Shown here one piece after another: positions 9,897 to 20,267 of a stretch of DNA of 64,000 bases. The first letter of the stretch is position 1. Each line of letters begins with the position of its first letter. The position numbers and the translations under genes are program-made. Origin of the DNA: an uncultured Candidatus Binatia bacterium. GTDB taxonomy: Bacteria; Desulfobacterota; Binatia; UBA9968; CAXXLF01. Below the pieces are notes generated by a model. That model did not search any database. It was given only the letters and a program-made list of their open reading frames with translations, and was not told the DNA's origin. The DNA lies in the NCBI GenBank assembly GCA_965218425.1, contig OZ244621.1, forward strand, positions 3,104,001-3,168,000. Reading direction: 5' to 3'.

Positions 9897-11042
9897 ATGG
9901 AAATGCCGAACCAGGCCAAGCGGATTATGCTCGTGGTGGGGGAAGCCTCTGGGGACCTTTATGGAGCCCAGTTGGTCAATCATCTTTACCGGCAGAATCC
10001 GAGCCTGGACATATACGGAGTGGCCGGGGAGAACCTCAAACGTGAAGGGATCAGAGTGCTCTTTGATGTGGCTCGACTGGCAGGTATGGGCCTAGCTGAG
10101 CTGGTGGGAAACCTTAGATCTCTATGGAATGCCTATTGGCTCTTGCGGAAGTCACTAAGAGATCAGAGACCGGATCTGCTAATCCTAATTGACTTCCCTG
10201 AGTTCAATTTGCGGTTAGCACGGCTGGCCCATCGTTGGGAGATCCCAGTGCTTTATTACATCAGCCCACAGGTTTGGGCATGGCGAAAAGGAAGGACCCG
10301 GAAAATTGCCCGCTGGGTGAGCCGGGTTGCTGTGGTTTTTCCCTTCGAGGTCCCTCTGTACGAGAGAGAAGGGGCTCGGGTCACATTTGTGGGTCATCCA
10401 CTTCTTGACGTGGTTCATTGCAGTGAGTCCCGGGACATTACCCTTAAGCGTCATGGCCTTGATCCCACGAAACAGACCATCGTGATGCTGCCCGGGAGTC
10501 GGAGAAGGGAAGTGGAATATTTACTCCCTTTGATGCTTCGAGCCGCCACTCGTTTGTGTACTCAGCGTGAGATTCAATTTGTAGTCCTCAAGGCAAGTAC
10601 CGTTGATCGTGAACAACTCGAGACCTTGCTGTCAATGGCTCCCGTGCCGGTTGTCATGGTCGAGATGGATGCCTACAACTTGATGAATGCTTCGGATATG
10701 GCCTGGGTAGCCTCGGGGACGGCTACTCTTGAAGCGGCACTGCTAAGAAAACCCATGATCGTGGTCTACCGATTGTCCCGTTTAACCTACGCCCTCGCTC
10801 GATTGCTGGTCCGTGTAAATTACATTGGAATGGTCAATATTGTTGCCGGAGCTAGGGTTGTCCCGGAGCTAATCCAAGACGATGTAACGGAGGATAGAAT
10901 CTGTACGGAGACCCAGCGGATCCTTACCGATCCCAACCTGACGCGACAAATAGTAAAAAGATTGGAAGACGTGCGGGAACGCCTTGGTTCTCCGGGCGCG
11001 CCTCGGCGTGTGGCGGAAATGGCGCTTTCGTTAATCAATTGA
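9897..11042 (+). CDS. lpxB: Lipid-A-disaccharide synthase
   Basis: GEASGD, IDFPEFN, SPQVWAWR, LPGSR, SGTATLE. Confidence 0.96.
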   Translation: MEMPNQAKRIMLVVGEASGDLYGAQLVNHLYRQNPSLDIYGVAGENLKREGIRVLFDVARLAGMGLAELVGNLRSLWNAYWLLRKSLRDQRPDLLILIDFPEFNLRLARLAHRWEIPVLYYISPQVWAWRKGRTRKIARWVSRVAVVFPFEVPLYEREGARVTFVGHPLLDVVHCSESRDITLKRHGLDPTKQTIVMLPGSRRREVEYLLPLMLRAATRLCTQREIQFVVLKASTVDREQLETLLSMAPVPVVMVEMDAYNLMNASDMAWVASGTATLEAALLRKPMIVVYRLSRLTYALARLLVRVNYIGMVNIVAGARVVPELIQDDVTEDRICTETQRILTDPNLTRQIVKRLEDVRERLGSPGAPRRVAEMALSLIN

Positions 11043-11064
11043 TTTTGTTGCGAGAGGAGAAAGG

Positions 11065-12819
11065 TTGAGCAACTATTTAAGATTGCTTCAGTATCTGAAG
11101 CCGTATATTTGGCCTTACTTCACCATAGCAATGGTCTGTATGGTGGGTTACAGCGCCACCATGGGGGTGCTTCCCTTCGTCGTAGAAAGGGTTTTTGATG
11201 ACGTTTTTGCACGAAAGGATCAGGCGGCTCTTCGATACCTCCCGTTCGTTATCATCGCTGTGTTCGGCTTTCGGGGCCTAATGAACTTTGGCCAAAGTTT
11301 CTTGACCGATTATGTAGGTCTTCGAATCATTACCGATGTTCGGTACGCAATCAATCGTCATTTGCAGTTTCTACCCCTTTCCTTTTTCCAACGAAATCCA
11401 ACGGGCACCCTCATCTCCCGCGTGAATAACGACGTGGCGTTGATTCGATACGGACTCACCGATGCTGCCGCGTCCCTGCTACGGGATTCCACCTCCCTGT
11501 TGGCCCTAATTACAGTGGCGTTCTTAAAAGATTGGGTTCTAGCGACCATTGCGTTCGCGGTATTCCCCTCGTCGGTTTTACCTGTTTTGCGCATCAGTAA
11601 AAAGATAAAGCGATTTACGAGGCGGGGGCAAATTAGCATTGGAAACCTGACCACAGTGTTACAGGAAAGTATACAAGGGAACCGAGTCGTCAAGGCCTTT
11701 GGCATGGAGAATTACGAGATAGAAAGATTTTCCAATGAGAATTTGCGTCTATTGAAACAATTTGTTCGTGCCAGTCGCGCGAAAGCCGTGGTCACCCCCG
11801 CCATGGAATTGCTCTCATCCATGGCCATCGGCTCAGTGGTTTGGTATGGCGGATCCAGTGTAATTGGCGGCGGGCGAACCCAGGGGGAATTCATGGCCTT
11901 TATGACGGCCATGTTCCTTATGTATCAGCCCTTCAAGCATCTCAGCCAGACGTATTCAACCATTTATCAGGCTTTGGCCGGAGCCGAGAGGGTATTTGAA
12001 GTCCTCGATTATGTTCCGGAGATCAGGGATAACCCCGGTTCTCAGGAAGTCCCGCGCCTGGTTCAGGGAATTGAATTGCGTGACGTGAGCTTTGGCTATG
12101 GCCATGGGTTGGTTCTCAAGAACGTCAACCTTAAATTGGATTGGGGATCCGTGGTGGCCCTGGTGGGTGTCAGTGGTGTGGGTAAGAGTACGTTGGCGGA
12201 TCTAATCCCGCGGTTTTACGACGTGAGTTCAGGAAAGATCACTATTGATGGTGTGGATATTCGTGAGGCGACTCTTGAATCCCTTCGTTCCCAAATTGGG
12301 ATTGTTACTCAACACACGTTTCTCTTCAATGATACCGTGAAAAATAACATTGCCTATGGAGACCGAAGCAAGGATATGGAACAAATCGTCGCCGCAGCCA
12401 AGGCTGCCTACGCCCATGATTTTATCATGGCATTGCCTGAGGGCTATGACACGGTGGTAGGTGAAATGGGTAAAAAGCTCTCCGGAGGTCAACAGCAACG
12501 GTTGGCCATCGCCCGGGCACTCCTTAAAGATGGGCCTATTCTAATTCTGGATGAAGCCACATCCGCTCTCGATGCAGAATCCGAGAGATCGGTGCAGGAG
12601 GCTTTAGAAAACTTAATGACACGACGAACCACGTTGGTCATTGCTCACAGACTTTCTACCATCCGGAAGGCGAACCGAATCGCTGTCTTGTCGGAGGGGA
12701 CCATTGTTGAACAGGGCACTCACGACGAACTGTTGGCGCGAAAGACGGAGTACAGCAGGCTCTACACCTTACAGTTCCTGGAGCAGGAGGGGAATTCGCA
12801 GGCAAAGATTCTGCATTGA
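11065..12819 (+). CDS. msbA: Lipid A flippase ABC transporter
   Basis: TM domain fused to an NBD (GVSGVGKS, LSGGQQQR, DEATS); TTG start after GAGGAG; lpxB-waaA context. Confidence 0.9.
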   Translation: MSNYLRLLQYLKPYIWPYFTIAMVCMVGYSATMGVLPFVVERVFDDVFARKDQAALRYLPFVIIAVFGFRGLMNFGQSFLTDYVGLRIITDVRYAINRHLQFLPLSFFQRNPTGTLISRVNNDVALIRYGLTDAAASLLRDSTSLLALITVAFLKDWVLATIAFAVFPSSVLPVLRISKKIKRFTRRGQISIGNLTTVLQESIQGNRVVKAFGMENYEIERFSNENLRLLKQFVRASRAKAVVTPAMELLSSMAIGSVVWYGGSSVIGGGRTQGEFMAFMTAMFLMYQPFKHLSQTYSTIYQALAGAERVFEVLDYVPEIRDNPGSQEVPRLVQGIELRDVSFGYGHGLVLKNVNLKLDWGSVVALVGVSGVGKSTLADLIPRFYDVSSGKITIDGVDIREATLESLRSQIGIVTQHTFLFNDTVKNNIAYGDRSKDMEQIVAAAKAAYAHDFIMALPEGYDTVVGEMGKKLSGGQQQRLAIARALLKDGPILILDEATSALDAESERSVQEALENLMTRRTTLVIAHRLSTIRKANRIAVLSEGTIVEQGTHDELLARKTEYSRLYTLQFLEQEGNSQAKILH

Positions 12820-12825
12820 GAATCC

Positions 12826-14112
12826 ATGATTTATTGGATTTATAATATTCTCGTCACACTTTTTTTAACCCTGGGGCTACTCTTGTTCCCTCTGGCTTTT
12901 TTGTTTGGAAGAAGGATGTGGGAAGGCGCTTGGGAACGAATGGCGGTATATCCCCGCGAATTGAGGAAATCTCTGGAAGGCCATCGCCCAGTCTGGGTAC
13001 ACGCTGTTTCAGTGGGCGAAGTGCGGTCTGCGGCCTGTCTCACGCGGCAGATTAAGGTAGAGTACCCGGACCGAAAGATTGTTCTATCCACATTGACTCG
13101 CGCAGGGAAGAAGACTGCCCAGCAGATGGATGCAGGTTTGGATGGGATTATCTATTTTCCCATCGACCATCCCTGGATTGTCCGCCGTGCTATACTTCAG
13201 TTTGACCCGTCTCTTTTGATCTTTCTAGAGACTGAGATTTGGCCGAATTTTTTGCGGTTGGCCTATGGCCAAGGAATTCCAACTCTGATGTTGAGTGGTC
13301 GAGTTTCGCCCCGGGCATTTCGTCGCTATCGCGTTTTCCGCTGGTTTTTCTCCTCCGTCCTAAACAAATTTACCTCCATGGGTATGCAGAATGGCGATAA
13401 TGCAGAGCGGATCATCCACTTGGGGGCGAATCCAGAAAAGGTGAGCATTACAGGCAATCTCAAACGGGCCCTTGGTGATGAGAAGGCTACCGCAATGGAA
13501 ACCGGCAATGGGGGGTTATCCCTCGACGGCAAAGGTAGCCGTCGAATCCTGGTTGCGGGAAGTACCCATCGAGGAGAGGAAGAGGTGTTGCTGGATGTGT
13601 TTCAATTTCTCAAATCCAGTATCCCTGATCTGTTGATGATATTGGCCCCACGGCATCCTCAGCGGTTTAGGGAAGTGGAACGATTGTTAAAGCGAAAGAG
13701 CGTGAGCTACGAAAAAAGGAGCCGGCTGAATGGCCGATTGGTAACATGGCCTGATGTGATCTTTCTCGATACCATGGGAAATCTTCCGGCAGTGTACCGC
13801 TTCGCGGACGTTACCTTTGTGGGTGGGAGTTTGGTGAATGTGGGAGGGCATAACCCCATAGAACCCGCACGATGGGGCAATCCAATTCTATTCGGTCCTC
13901 ACATGACGAATTTCTCGGACATTGCCAGGGCGATGAAAACCAGGGGAGCCGGCATCGAGGTCCAGGATAGGGAAGGCCTAATTCAAGCAATAACCTCACT
14001 CCTTAATGATCCGCAAAAGGCGCGGAGGGTAGGGGAACGGGCTCGGGAAGTGGCCGGCGAAGACTCGAGAGTCACTGAGCGTAGCATGAGATTGGTAAGT
14101 CCCTTCATCTAG
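12826..14112 (+). CDS. waaA: Kdo transferase
   Basis: WVHAVSVGE, ETEIWPN, APRHPQR, GGHNPIEP. Confidence 0.95.
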   Translation: MIYWIYNILVTLFLTLGLLLFPLAFLFGRRMWEGAWERMAVYPRELRKSLEGHRPVWVHAVSVGEVRSAACLTRQIKVEYPDRKIVLSTLTRAGKKTAQQMDAGLDGIIYFPIDHPWIVRRAILQFDPSLLIFLETEIWPNFLRLAYGQGIPTLMLSGRVSPRAFRRYRVFRWFFSSVLNKFTSMGMQNGDNAERIIHLGANPEKVSITGNLKRALGDEKATAMETGNGGLSLDGKGSRRILVAGSTHRGEEEVLLDVFQFLKSSIPDLLMILAPRHPQRFREVERLLKRKSVSYEKRSRLNGRLVTWPDVIFLDTMGNLPAVYRFADVTFVGGSLVNVGGHNPIEPARWGNPILFGPHMTNFSDIARAMKTRGAGIEVQDREGLIQAITSLLNDPQKARRVGERAREVAGEDSRVTERSMRLVSPFI

Positions 14113-14198
14113 AACATGGGACACCGCTGGCCTTCGGCGACCCTGTGTGATTGCGAACGTGAATGCTGAAATCCATGGTGGGCTTTAGAGTTTGATGA

Positions 14199-15284
14199 AT
14201 GGATGGGGGTTCTTTGGCTCGAAGAGTCTGGGAGCGGAGAGGCCCTCTAGGGTGGCTCCTTTGGTTTGTAGTCCTCCCTTTGTCCTTGTTCTACTCCACG
14301 GTAATTAGAATTCGAAATTTTTTCTATTCAACGGGATGGAGGCCCAGCAGGGACCTCCCCTGCGCCGTGGTGAGCGTAGGGAATCTAACGGTGGGTGGAA
14401 CGGGTAAGACTCCGACCACTTTGTGGCTTGCAGAAGAGCTGATTCAGCAGGGATATCGGGTGGCAATACTCAGTCGCGGTTACAAGGGCGCCGGATTGGG
14501 TTCTAGGATTCTGGAGCCGGGATTTGTGGGAGGGGAAGACCGCGTGAGCGCAGGTGATGAACCGCTGGTAATGGCTCAGATTTATGGGCACAGGGTGGGC
14601 CTCGGAAAAAAGAGGTGGAATACTGCAAATCTGATGCTTCGTCAATCCCCCATCGATGTTTTTTTATTGGATGACGGATTCCAGCATCGCCGGTTGGTGC
14701 GTGATCTAGACCTCCTTTTGCTGGGACAAGAATGGAGCGGGTGGGTGATTCCTGCAGGCCCGTTTCGGGAGCCCAGAAGTGCGCTCGCCCGGGCTCACCT
14801 GTATCTCATTACGGGGTCCGGGGCGAGGTGGGAGGCCGTCCTGGGACGACGTGGAGGACCGTCAGAGACCTTCAGCGGTCGCCTTGAACCTAGATCCTTT
14901 TTGCTCAAAGATGACGATGGTTGGGGCGAGTTACCGTTGGCAGAGATTTCCAACTCTAAGGTGTTAGCGGTCTCAGGAATCGCACGCCCCGAATTATTTT
15001 ACTATATGATTCAAGAATGGGGTGGAAACATTGTGAATACTATGGAATTCCGAGATCATCACAACTATTCTATCAAGGACTGGCAGGAAATCAGCAGGGC
15101 CGCCCGTCATGCCGACCGAATCGTTACCACTGAAAAAGATATGGTTAAGTTGATCCAATTCCCTTTTGCGAAAGGAAGCATTCTTGCTTTGCGAGTGAAA
15201 ATGATGGTGGAAAGGGGTGAGGACTTGATCAGCGCAGTGCAGAGGGCCATCCAAACGAAAAGAGAAAGGTTTGAGACCGAGTAG
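14199..15284 (+). CDS. lpxK: Tetraacyldisaccharide 4'-kinase
   Basis: SVGNLTVGGTGKTP, SRGY, DDGFQH, TTEKD. Confidence 0.95.
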   Translation: MDGGSLARRVWERRGPLGWLLWFVVLPLSLFYSTVIRIRNFFYSTGWRPSRDLPCAVVSVGNLTVGGTGKTPTTLWLAEELIQQGYRVAILSRGYKGAGLGSRILEPGFVGGEDRVSAGDEPLVMAQIYGHRVGLGKKRWNTANLMLRQSPIDVFLLDDGFQHRRLVRDLDLLLLGQEWSGWVIPAGPFREPRSALARAHLYLITGSGARWEAVLGRRGGPSETFSGRLEPRSFLLKDDDGWGELPLAEISNSKVLAVSGIARPELFYYMIQEWGGNIVNTMEFRDHHNYSIKDWQEISRAARHADRIVTTEKDMVKLIQFPFAKGSILALRVKMMVERGEDLISAVQRAIQTKRERFETE

Positions 15285-15287
15285 ACC

Positions 15288-15887
15288 ATGGCGGTTCGAA
15301 CTCCAGCGGTCTTTGTGGACCGCGATGGGACTTTAATACGAGAGGTGGGTTATCTCTCGCGGCTGGATCAGATTGAGCTCCTTCCGAGGGTGCCGGAGGC
15401 GGTCCAGTTGCTCCGGTCCCATGGTCTAAAGGTGGTCATGGTAACGAACCAATCGGCCGTTGCTCGAAAGATTATTAGCGAACGACACCTACACGAGATT
15501 CACCTTGAGATCGAAAGGGTATTAAGTCAAGGCGGCGCTTTCCTGGACGGTGTGTATTATTGTCCGCACCATCCAACGGAGGGAACGTATCCCTATCGAG
15601 TCTCTTGTGGATGCCGCAAGCCGAAAACTGCAATGGTGGAACGAGCATGCCTGGAACTGGCATTGGATCCGCGTCTCTCCTATGTCATTGGGGATCAGAT
15701 GAGCGACATGGAGTTGGCCACGCGAGCGGGAGCCCGGGGAATCCTGCTAGAGTCTCGGACCCCAGAGAAGGGCGGATCCGGTGGCGGACGGGTAGAACCT
15801 CGTTATGTGCCCGTGGCGGATCTTTGGACCGCCACCCAGAGGATCGTGGGCCATCTTAGTGGCAAAGGGACACTGGAGGGCGAGTGA
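15288..15887 (+). CDS. gmhB: D,D-heptose 1,7-bisphosphate phosphatase
   Basis: HAD motif DRDGTL, TNQS, YCPHHP, CGCRKP, GD. Confidence 0.92.
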   Translation: MAVRTPAVFVDRDGTLIREVGYLSRLDQIELLPRVPEAVQLLRSHGLKVVMVTNQSAVARKIISERHLHEIHLEIERVLSQGGAFLDGVYYCPHHPTEGTYPYRVSCGCRKPKTAMVERACLELALDPRLSYVIGDQMSDMELATRAGARGILLESRTPEKGGSGGGRVEPRYVPVADLWTATQRIVGHLSGKGTLEGE

Positions 15888-16135
15888 AATTAAAGGGATT
15901 TCCAATTTGACGTAGCCGTGCGACACTTGCTCTCAGGAGAACTCGAAACCTCGTGTTGTTCGAACTCGGGGGTGAACAGGCGCAGAGTTTTAGTGGGACT
16001 CAATCCAAGGTCAGCCCTAAAAATCTCCAAGGACAAGTGTTAAGCAGAAGGTATTGGAAAAAGAGGATTCAAAATAAACCGCCGGTCATCGCTTAACGAA
16101 CGTGCTGTTAACATAGATTGAGTAGGGGTGTCTTA

Positions 16136-16303
16136 ATGCCAATCAGTCAGGACTTACTGGATATCTTAGCGTGTCCCAAGTGTAAGGGGAACATCCATGT
16201 GAACGAACCTGGGGATGGCCTCATCTGTGAGGCGTGTCGGTTGATGTACCCCATTAGAGACGATATCCCCATCATGCTCATTGACGAGGCGGTCAAACTG
16301 TGA
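16136..16303 (+). CDS. Trm112/YcaR family protein
   Basis: LLDILACPKCKG...YPIRDDIPIMLIDEA. Confidence 0.9.
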   Translation: MPISQDLLDILACPKCKGNIHVNEPGDGLICEACRLMYPIRDDIPIMLIDEAVKL

Positions 16304-16344
16304 GAATCAAGGCCGAGGTCTGAGGGGTATCAGGAAAATGTCAC

Positions 16345-17472
16345 ATGGGTAACCCGGTACACGTTCCTGATGGCGGTAAGGGGCTGAGGATTCTAATCAA
16401 CCAAACCAGCTACCTTGGTGATGTGCTGCTGACGACTCCGCTTGTGGCCGAACTTCGCCGCTGTTTGCCTGAGGCGAAATTGGATTTTCTCTGTACTCCA
16501 CGGGCCATGAGTCTTGTGGAAAATAATCCGGATTTGGACCATGTCATTGCGGACGATAAGAGCGGAGAGGGGAGAGGCCTTAAAGGGGTATGGCGCGTGG
16601 CGATGAATTTGAGAGGCCGGAGTTACGCCATAGCCATATCACCTCATAAATCGTTGCGTAGCGCGCTTCTACTTTTTCTCGCCCGTATTGCGTGCCGTAT
16701 CGGGTTTCGCCAGAGCAAGGGATGGTTCCTCTATCATCATCGAGTGAATCGAGACGCGAAGTTACACGACGTGGACCGGAACCTTTCCCTCCTTCAACCC
16801 TTTGGTTTGGATCCTCGAATATCTCAAAGGGCATTGCGAATTGAGATGGAGCCAGTGACTCGGAACCGTGTGGCACAAGTTTGTGATTCCTTGGGACTCC
16901 GCAAGCGCGACGGTCAACTCATCTTTGGGATCAATCCCGGCTCCGTCTGGCCAACCAAAAGGTGGTCTGCTGAGGGCTACGCAAGTCTGATGGTTCAGTT
17001 AAAAAAGAAGTACCCCTGTGAAGTGGTTTTGTTCGGCGGCCCAGAGGACCGGGAGACCGCTGATCGGATTCAAGAGCTGTCCGGCCACGTTGGATTGGAT
17101 CTGGTTGGACGCACCAGCTTGGGGGAACTTCCCGGTGCACTGCAACGATGCGACCTATTGATAACCAATGATAGCGCACCCATGCATATCGCCGTTGCTC
17201 GAGGAATTCCAGTGGTTGCTCTTTTCTGTGCAACGACTCCCTCCCTGGGATTTTATCCCTATTCCTCTAGGGCTGCGGTTGTCCAGAAAGAACTTCCCTG
17301 CCGTCCTTGCACGTCCCATGGGGGGAGGCGCTGCCCTCTGGGAACAGAGGACTGCATTCACTTGATAGGGCCAGAAGATGTCCTGCGCGGTGTTGAACAG
17401 GTCATGAAGGGTGAAAACCAGAGGGATTCCACAACAGAGAATCTCTTTGCGCCTCATTTTATTACGCTCTAG
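16345..17472 (+). CDS. waaF: LPS heptosyltransferase (GT9, WaaF-like)
   Basis: LGDVLL, PGSVWPTKRW, TNDSAPMHIA, CRPC...CP; specificity inferred. Confidence 0.8.
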   Translation: MGNPVHVPDGGKGLRILINQTSYLGDVLLTTPLVAELRRCLPEAKLDFLCTPRAMSLVENNPDLDHVIADDKSGEGRGLKGVWRVAMNLRGRSYAIAISPHKSLRSALLLFLARIACRIGFRQSKGWFLYHHRVNRDAKLHDVDRNLSLLQPFGLDPRISQRALRIEMEPVTRNRVAQVCDSLGLRKRDGQLIFGINPGSVWPTKRWSAEGYASLMVQLKKKYPCEVVLFGGPEDRETADRIQELSGHVGLDLVGRTSLGELPGALQRCDLLITNDSAPMHIAVARGIPVVALFCATTPSLGFYPYSSRAAVVQKELPCRPCTSHGGRRCPLGTEDCIHLIGPEDVLRGVEQVMKGENQRDSTTENLFAPHFITL

Positions 17473-17480
17473 CGATTTCC

Positions 17481-18194
17481 ATGTCTAGTTTGGGTGTCGT
17501 CGTGTTTAGCCTTGGGGGGATGAAACATCTTCCGCAATGCCTGGACAGTGTTCAATGGGCGGACGTGGTGACGGTTTGGGACTTGGATACAAAGCGGGAC
17601 TTTGATCCTGTTAAAGAGACGGCGCGTTTGGCTCGGGAAACCAAGACCGATTGGGTGCTCTATCTGTGGGGAGAGGAGAAGGTGGGACCGGAACTGGGGG
17701 AGGAGCTGAAGCTGATTTGCCAAGCAGACCTTCGAACCGCCCCGCTGTTTCACCTTATTCCCGTACGTTCCTTGATACTGGGACGTTGGGTAAAGGGAAG
17801 CCTTTGGGGGCCGTTGCCGTCCTGCCGTTTGTGGCGTCGGAGTATGAGCCCACCCGATGGTTGGTGGAGTTTGGATCGTGAGCTGCGTGGGGGCTCTTCG
17901 AAGACGCTGAGGCACGGGATTGAGGATTACTCCTGTGCCGAGCTGAAGGAGGGTGTAGAGCGAGTAAATCAAATCTCAAGTCTCATGGCAGAACAACTTA
18001 AGTTCGAGGGACGAACTCTTGGCGCGGCATCCATTTCCCTTTACCCTATTCGTGTTCTGTTTCGACTTCTCCTGATCAACGGTCTTCTCCTTGACGGGCT
18101 GCCCGGGTTGAGCCTGTCAGGGCTGGCAGCGTACTCAACTCTAGTGAGTGGTATGAAGTGGTGGGAAACCCACCACTCGGCTACCGGACCATGA
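17481..18194 (+). CDS. Degenerate GT2 (KdtX/WaaE-like) protein lacking the DxD motif
   Basis: CLDSVQWAD and DWVLYLWGEEKVGPELGEEL align with CLESLKWCD and EWAMLVDADERVTIELRDEI of 22702..23493. Confidence 0.7.
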   Translation: MSSLGVVVFSLGGMKHLPQCLDSVQWADVVTVWDLDTKRDFDPVKETARLARETKTDWVLYLWGEEKVGPELGEELKLICQADLRTAPLFHLIPVRSLILGRWVKGSLWGPLPSCRLWRRSMSPPDGWWSLDRELRGGSSKTLRHGIEDYSCAELKEGVERVNQISSLMAEQLKFEGRTLGAASISLYPIRVLFRLLLINGLLLDGLPGLSLSGLAAYSTLVSGMKWWETHHSATGP

Positions 18195-18288
18195 GCTTAC
18201 GGACCGTGCCCAATTCGCCCCAAGGGTGATCTGTACCCACCGCCAGGGTGCTGGAGTCTATCCCTAGCTGGGTAAGTATTGAGGAAGA

Positions 18289-19062
18289 TTGCGAAAAATA
18301 CTAGAAGAATGGCTCTGGCCCGATAATTCTATGGGCTTTAAAAGGGTTTACTTGAGCCGTAAGCAGTTGATATTGGCACGCGAGGAGATGGACGGCCACA
18401 GGATCGCTTCCATGGTTTTTTCCTCCAATTCGCCGGGAGACGAGTCCACCCCCCATTATGGAAGAGGTGCGCTCCGTCGGATCCAACTAAATCACCATGA
18501 CGTTGCCTTAGTACGGACCTACTACCATGGAGGACTGTTTCGCAAAGTGACAGGTAAATTCTTCTTCACCTGGCCTGCTCGACCGTTCAAGGAATTGGTC
18601 ATGACTGAAAATGTGCGTGAGCGTGGAATTCCAACTTTAGAAGTCTTGGCAGCCATTGTGGAGAGGTGTTGGGGACCTGTGTATCGCGGTTGGCTGGTCA
18701 CTCGGGAATTGGGAGGGGCCGAAGACCTCTGGACCGCCTTAAAGACGGTGACCCAGTCTCGATATCGAACCTTGCTTCTTCAGGCTGCAGCCGTGAGTGT
18801 AAGGCAGATGCATCGTGAGGGGGTCTATCACATCGACCTTAATTTAAAAAATATTTTGATTCGAGGGGAGGGTGAAGAGGTTAAGGCCTATCTCATTGAT
18901 TTTGACAAAGCAAGGCTTTATCCCCATGGGATTCCCTTGCACCAAGCGAAGAGGAACTTGAGTCGATTGTCGCGGTCAGCGCGGAAACTGGATCCCGGTG
19001 GGGAGTATTTTTCCAAAGGGGATTGGGCTGCATTTATGGCTTTTTATGAGCAAGGTCAATGA
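18289..19062 (+). CDS. kdkA: Kdo kinase-like (Kdo/WaaP family)
   Basis: GRG, RTYYHGGL, HREGVYHIDLNLKNIL, IDFDKA, NLSRLSRS; TTG start after GAGGA. Confidence 0.75.
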   Translation: MRKILEEWLWPDNSMGFKRVYLSRKQLILAREEMDGHRIASMVFSSNSPGDESTPHYGRGALRRIQLNHHDVALVRTYYHGGLFRKVTGKFFFTWPARPFKELVMTENVRERGIPTLEVLAAIVERCWGPVYRGWLVTRELGGAEDLWTALKTVTQSRYRTLLLQAAAVSVRQMHREGVYHIDLNLKNILIRGEGEEVKAYLIDFDKARLYPHGIPLHQAKRNLSRLSRSARKLDPGGEYFSKGDWAAFMAFYEQGQ

Positions 19063-20104
19063 GAGTAAAGTCGGGGGTAAGAGGATCCTGCTCGTACTGC
19101 ATGGCTCCATTGGAGATGTGGCTCGCGCCCTGCCCTTGGCCAATCTCCTTCGACGCGGCTACCCAGAGGCGAAAATAACGTGGTCCGTTGAGCCCTTGGC
19201 CCTGCCGCTGGTGGAACATCACCCGGCGGTGGATGACGTGCTCGTATTTGATCGGGAACGGTGGTGGGGGTCCTTGGCTCCCTTTCTTGGTAAGATTCGT
19301 TCCGGTGCGTTCGATCTGGTGCTGGACCTGCAGCGGCATTTAAAGAGTGGATTAATCAGTTGGTGGTCCGGTGCTCCATTTCGTTTAGGATTTCACCGGC
19401 TTGACTCGAAGGAATGGAATTGGATTTTTAATAACCGGCATCTCCCGCCCGTGGGTGACCAGCTGCCGAAACTGTCTCACTATCTCAAGTTTGCAGAGTT
19501 CCTGGGTATCCCTGATGCCCCCATCGAGTGGAATCTCCAAAACACTCCGCAGGAAGAAGAGGGTCTTTCAAAACGCCTCCAGTCGGTGGGGGATCCCTTC
19601 GCGGTGTTTTATGTGGGAGCGAGCCGGGAGAGTAAACGATGGTTCCCCTATCAGACGGCACTGAGCGCCCGCGAAGTTCGTAGCCGTTATGGGTTGGACA
19701 TCGTGCTACTTGGGGGAGGAGGAGATGTCCCTTTTGCGCGGGAGATGGAGAGCCACGGATTGGTTCCCTTCACGAATTGGGTTGGAAAGAGCTCCCTGAG
19801 AGAGTCCATGGGGATTCTGGCGCGGGCAAAGGTTGCCGTTGGAGTCGATACGGGGCTGATGCACCTTTCGGAAGCAGTGGGTACCCCGGTGGTCTCCCTC
19901 TGGGGCGCCACCGATCCGGTTCGAGCGGGACCCCACGCCTATGGGAATTTGATTATTAAAGGGAAAAGCGACTGTTCGCCCTGTTATCTGAGAAAGTGTC
20001 CCATTGGACGAGTCTGTATGCAGTCCATTGAAATCGAGGATGTCATAACCAAAGTTGGTGAGGCATTGGCTCAAGGTGGTTATTTGCATGGGGCCGGAGG
20101 GTGA
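19046..20104 (+). CDS. GT9 heptosyltransferase (WaaC/F-like)
   Basis: GSIGDV, DLQ..LKS, KRW, GVDTGLMHL, CSPC. Confidence 0.85.
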   Translation: MSKVNESKVGGKRILLVLHGSIGDVARALPLANLLRRGYPEAKITWSVEPLALPLVEHHPAVDDVLVFDRERWWGSLAPFLGKIRSGAFDLVLDLQRHLKSGLISWWSGAPFRLGFHRLDSKEWNWIFNNRHLPPVGDQLPKLSHYLKFAEFLGIPDAPIEWNLQNTPQEEEGLSKRLQSVGDPFAVFYVGASRESKRWFPYQTALSAREVRSRYGLDIVLLGGGGDVPFAREMESHGLVPFTNWVGKSSLRESMGILARAKVAVGVDTGLMHLSEAVGTPVVSLWGATDPVRAGPHAYGNLIIKGKSDCSPCYLRKCPIGRVCMQSIEIEDVITKVGEALAQGGYLHGAGG

Positions 20105-20267
20105 GCATCGACTCTTCCGAAACGGGAGCTGGAGTCTCCTGGTCAATCCTGATATCCGAACTCCGGATTTGTGGAATGCATACTGCGACATCTGCATGCA
20201 AGCGGCAAAGATCCCGCCCGTCACCCCCCAGACAATATCGTTGTTAAAGCAAGAAAGGAAACGGACA

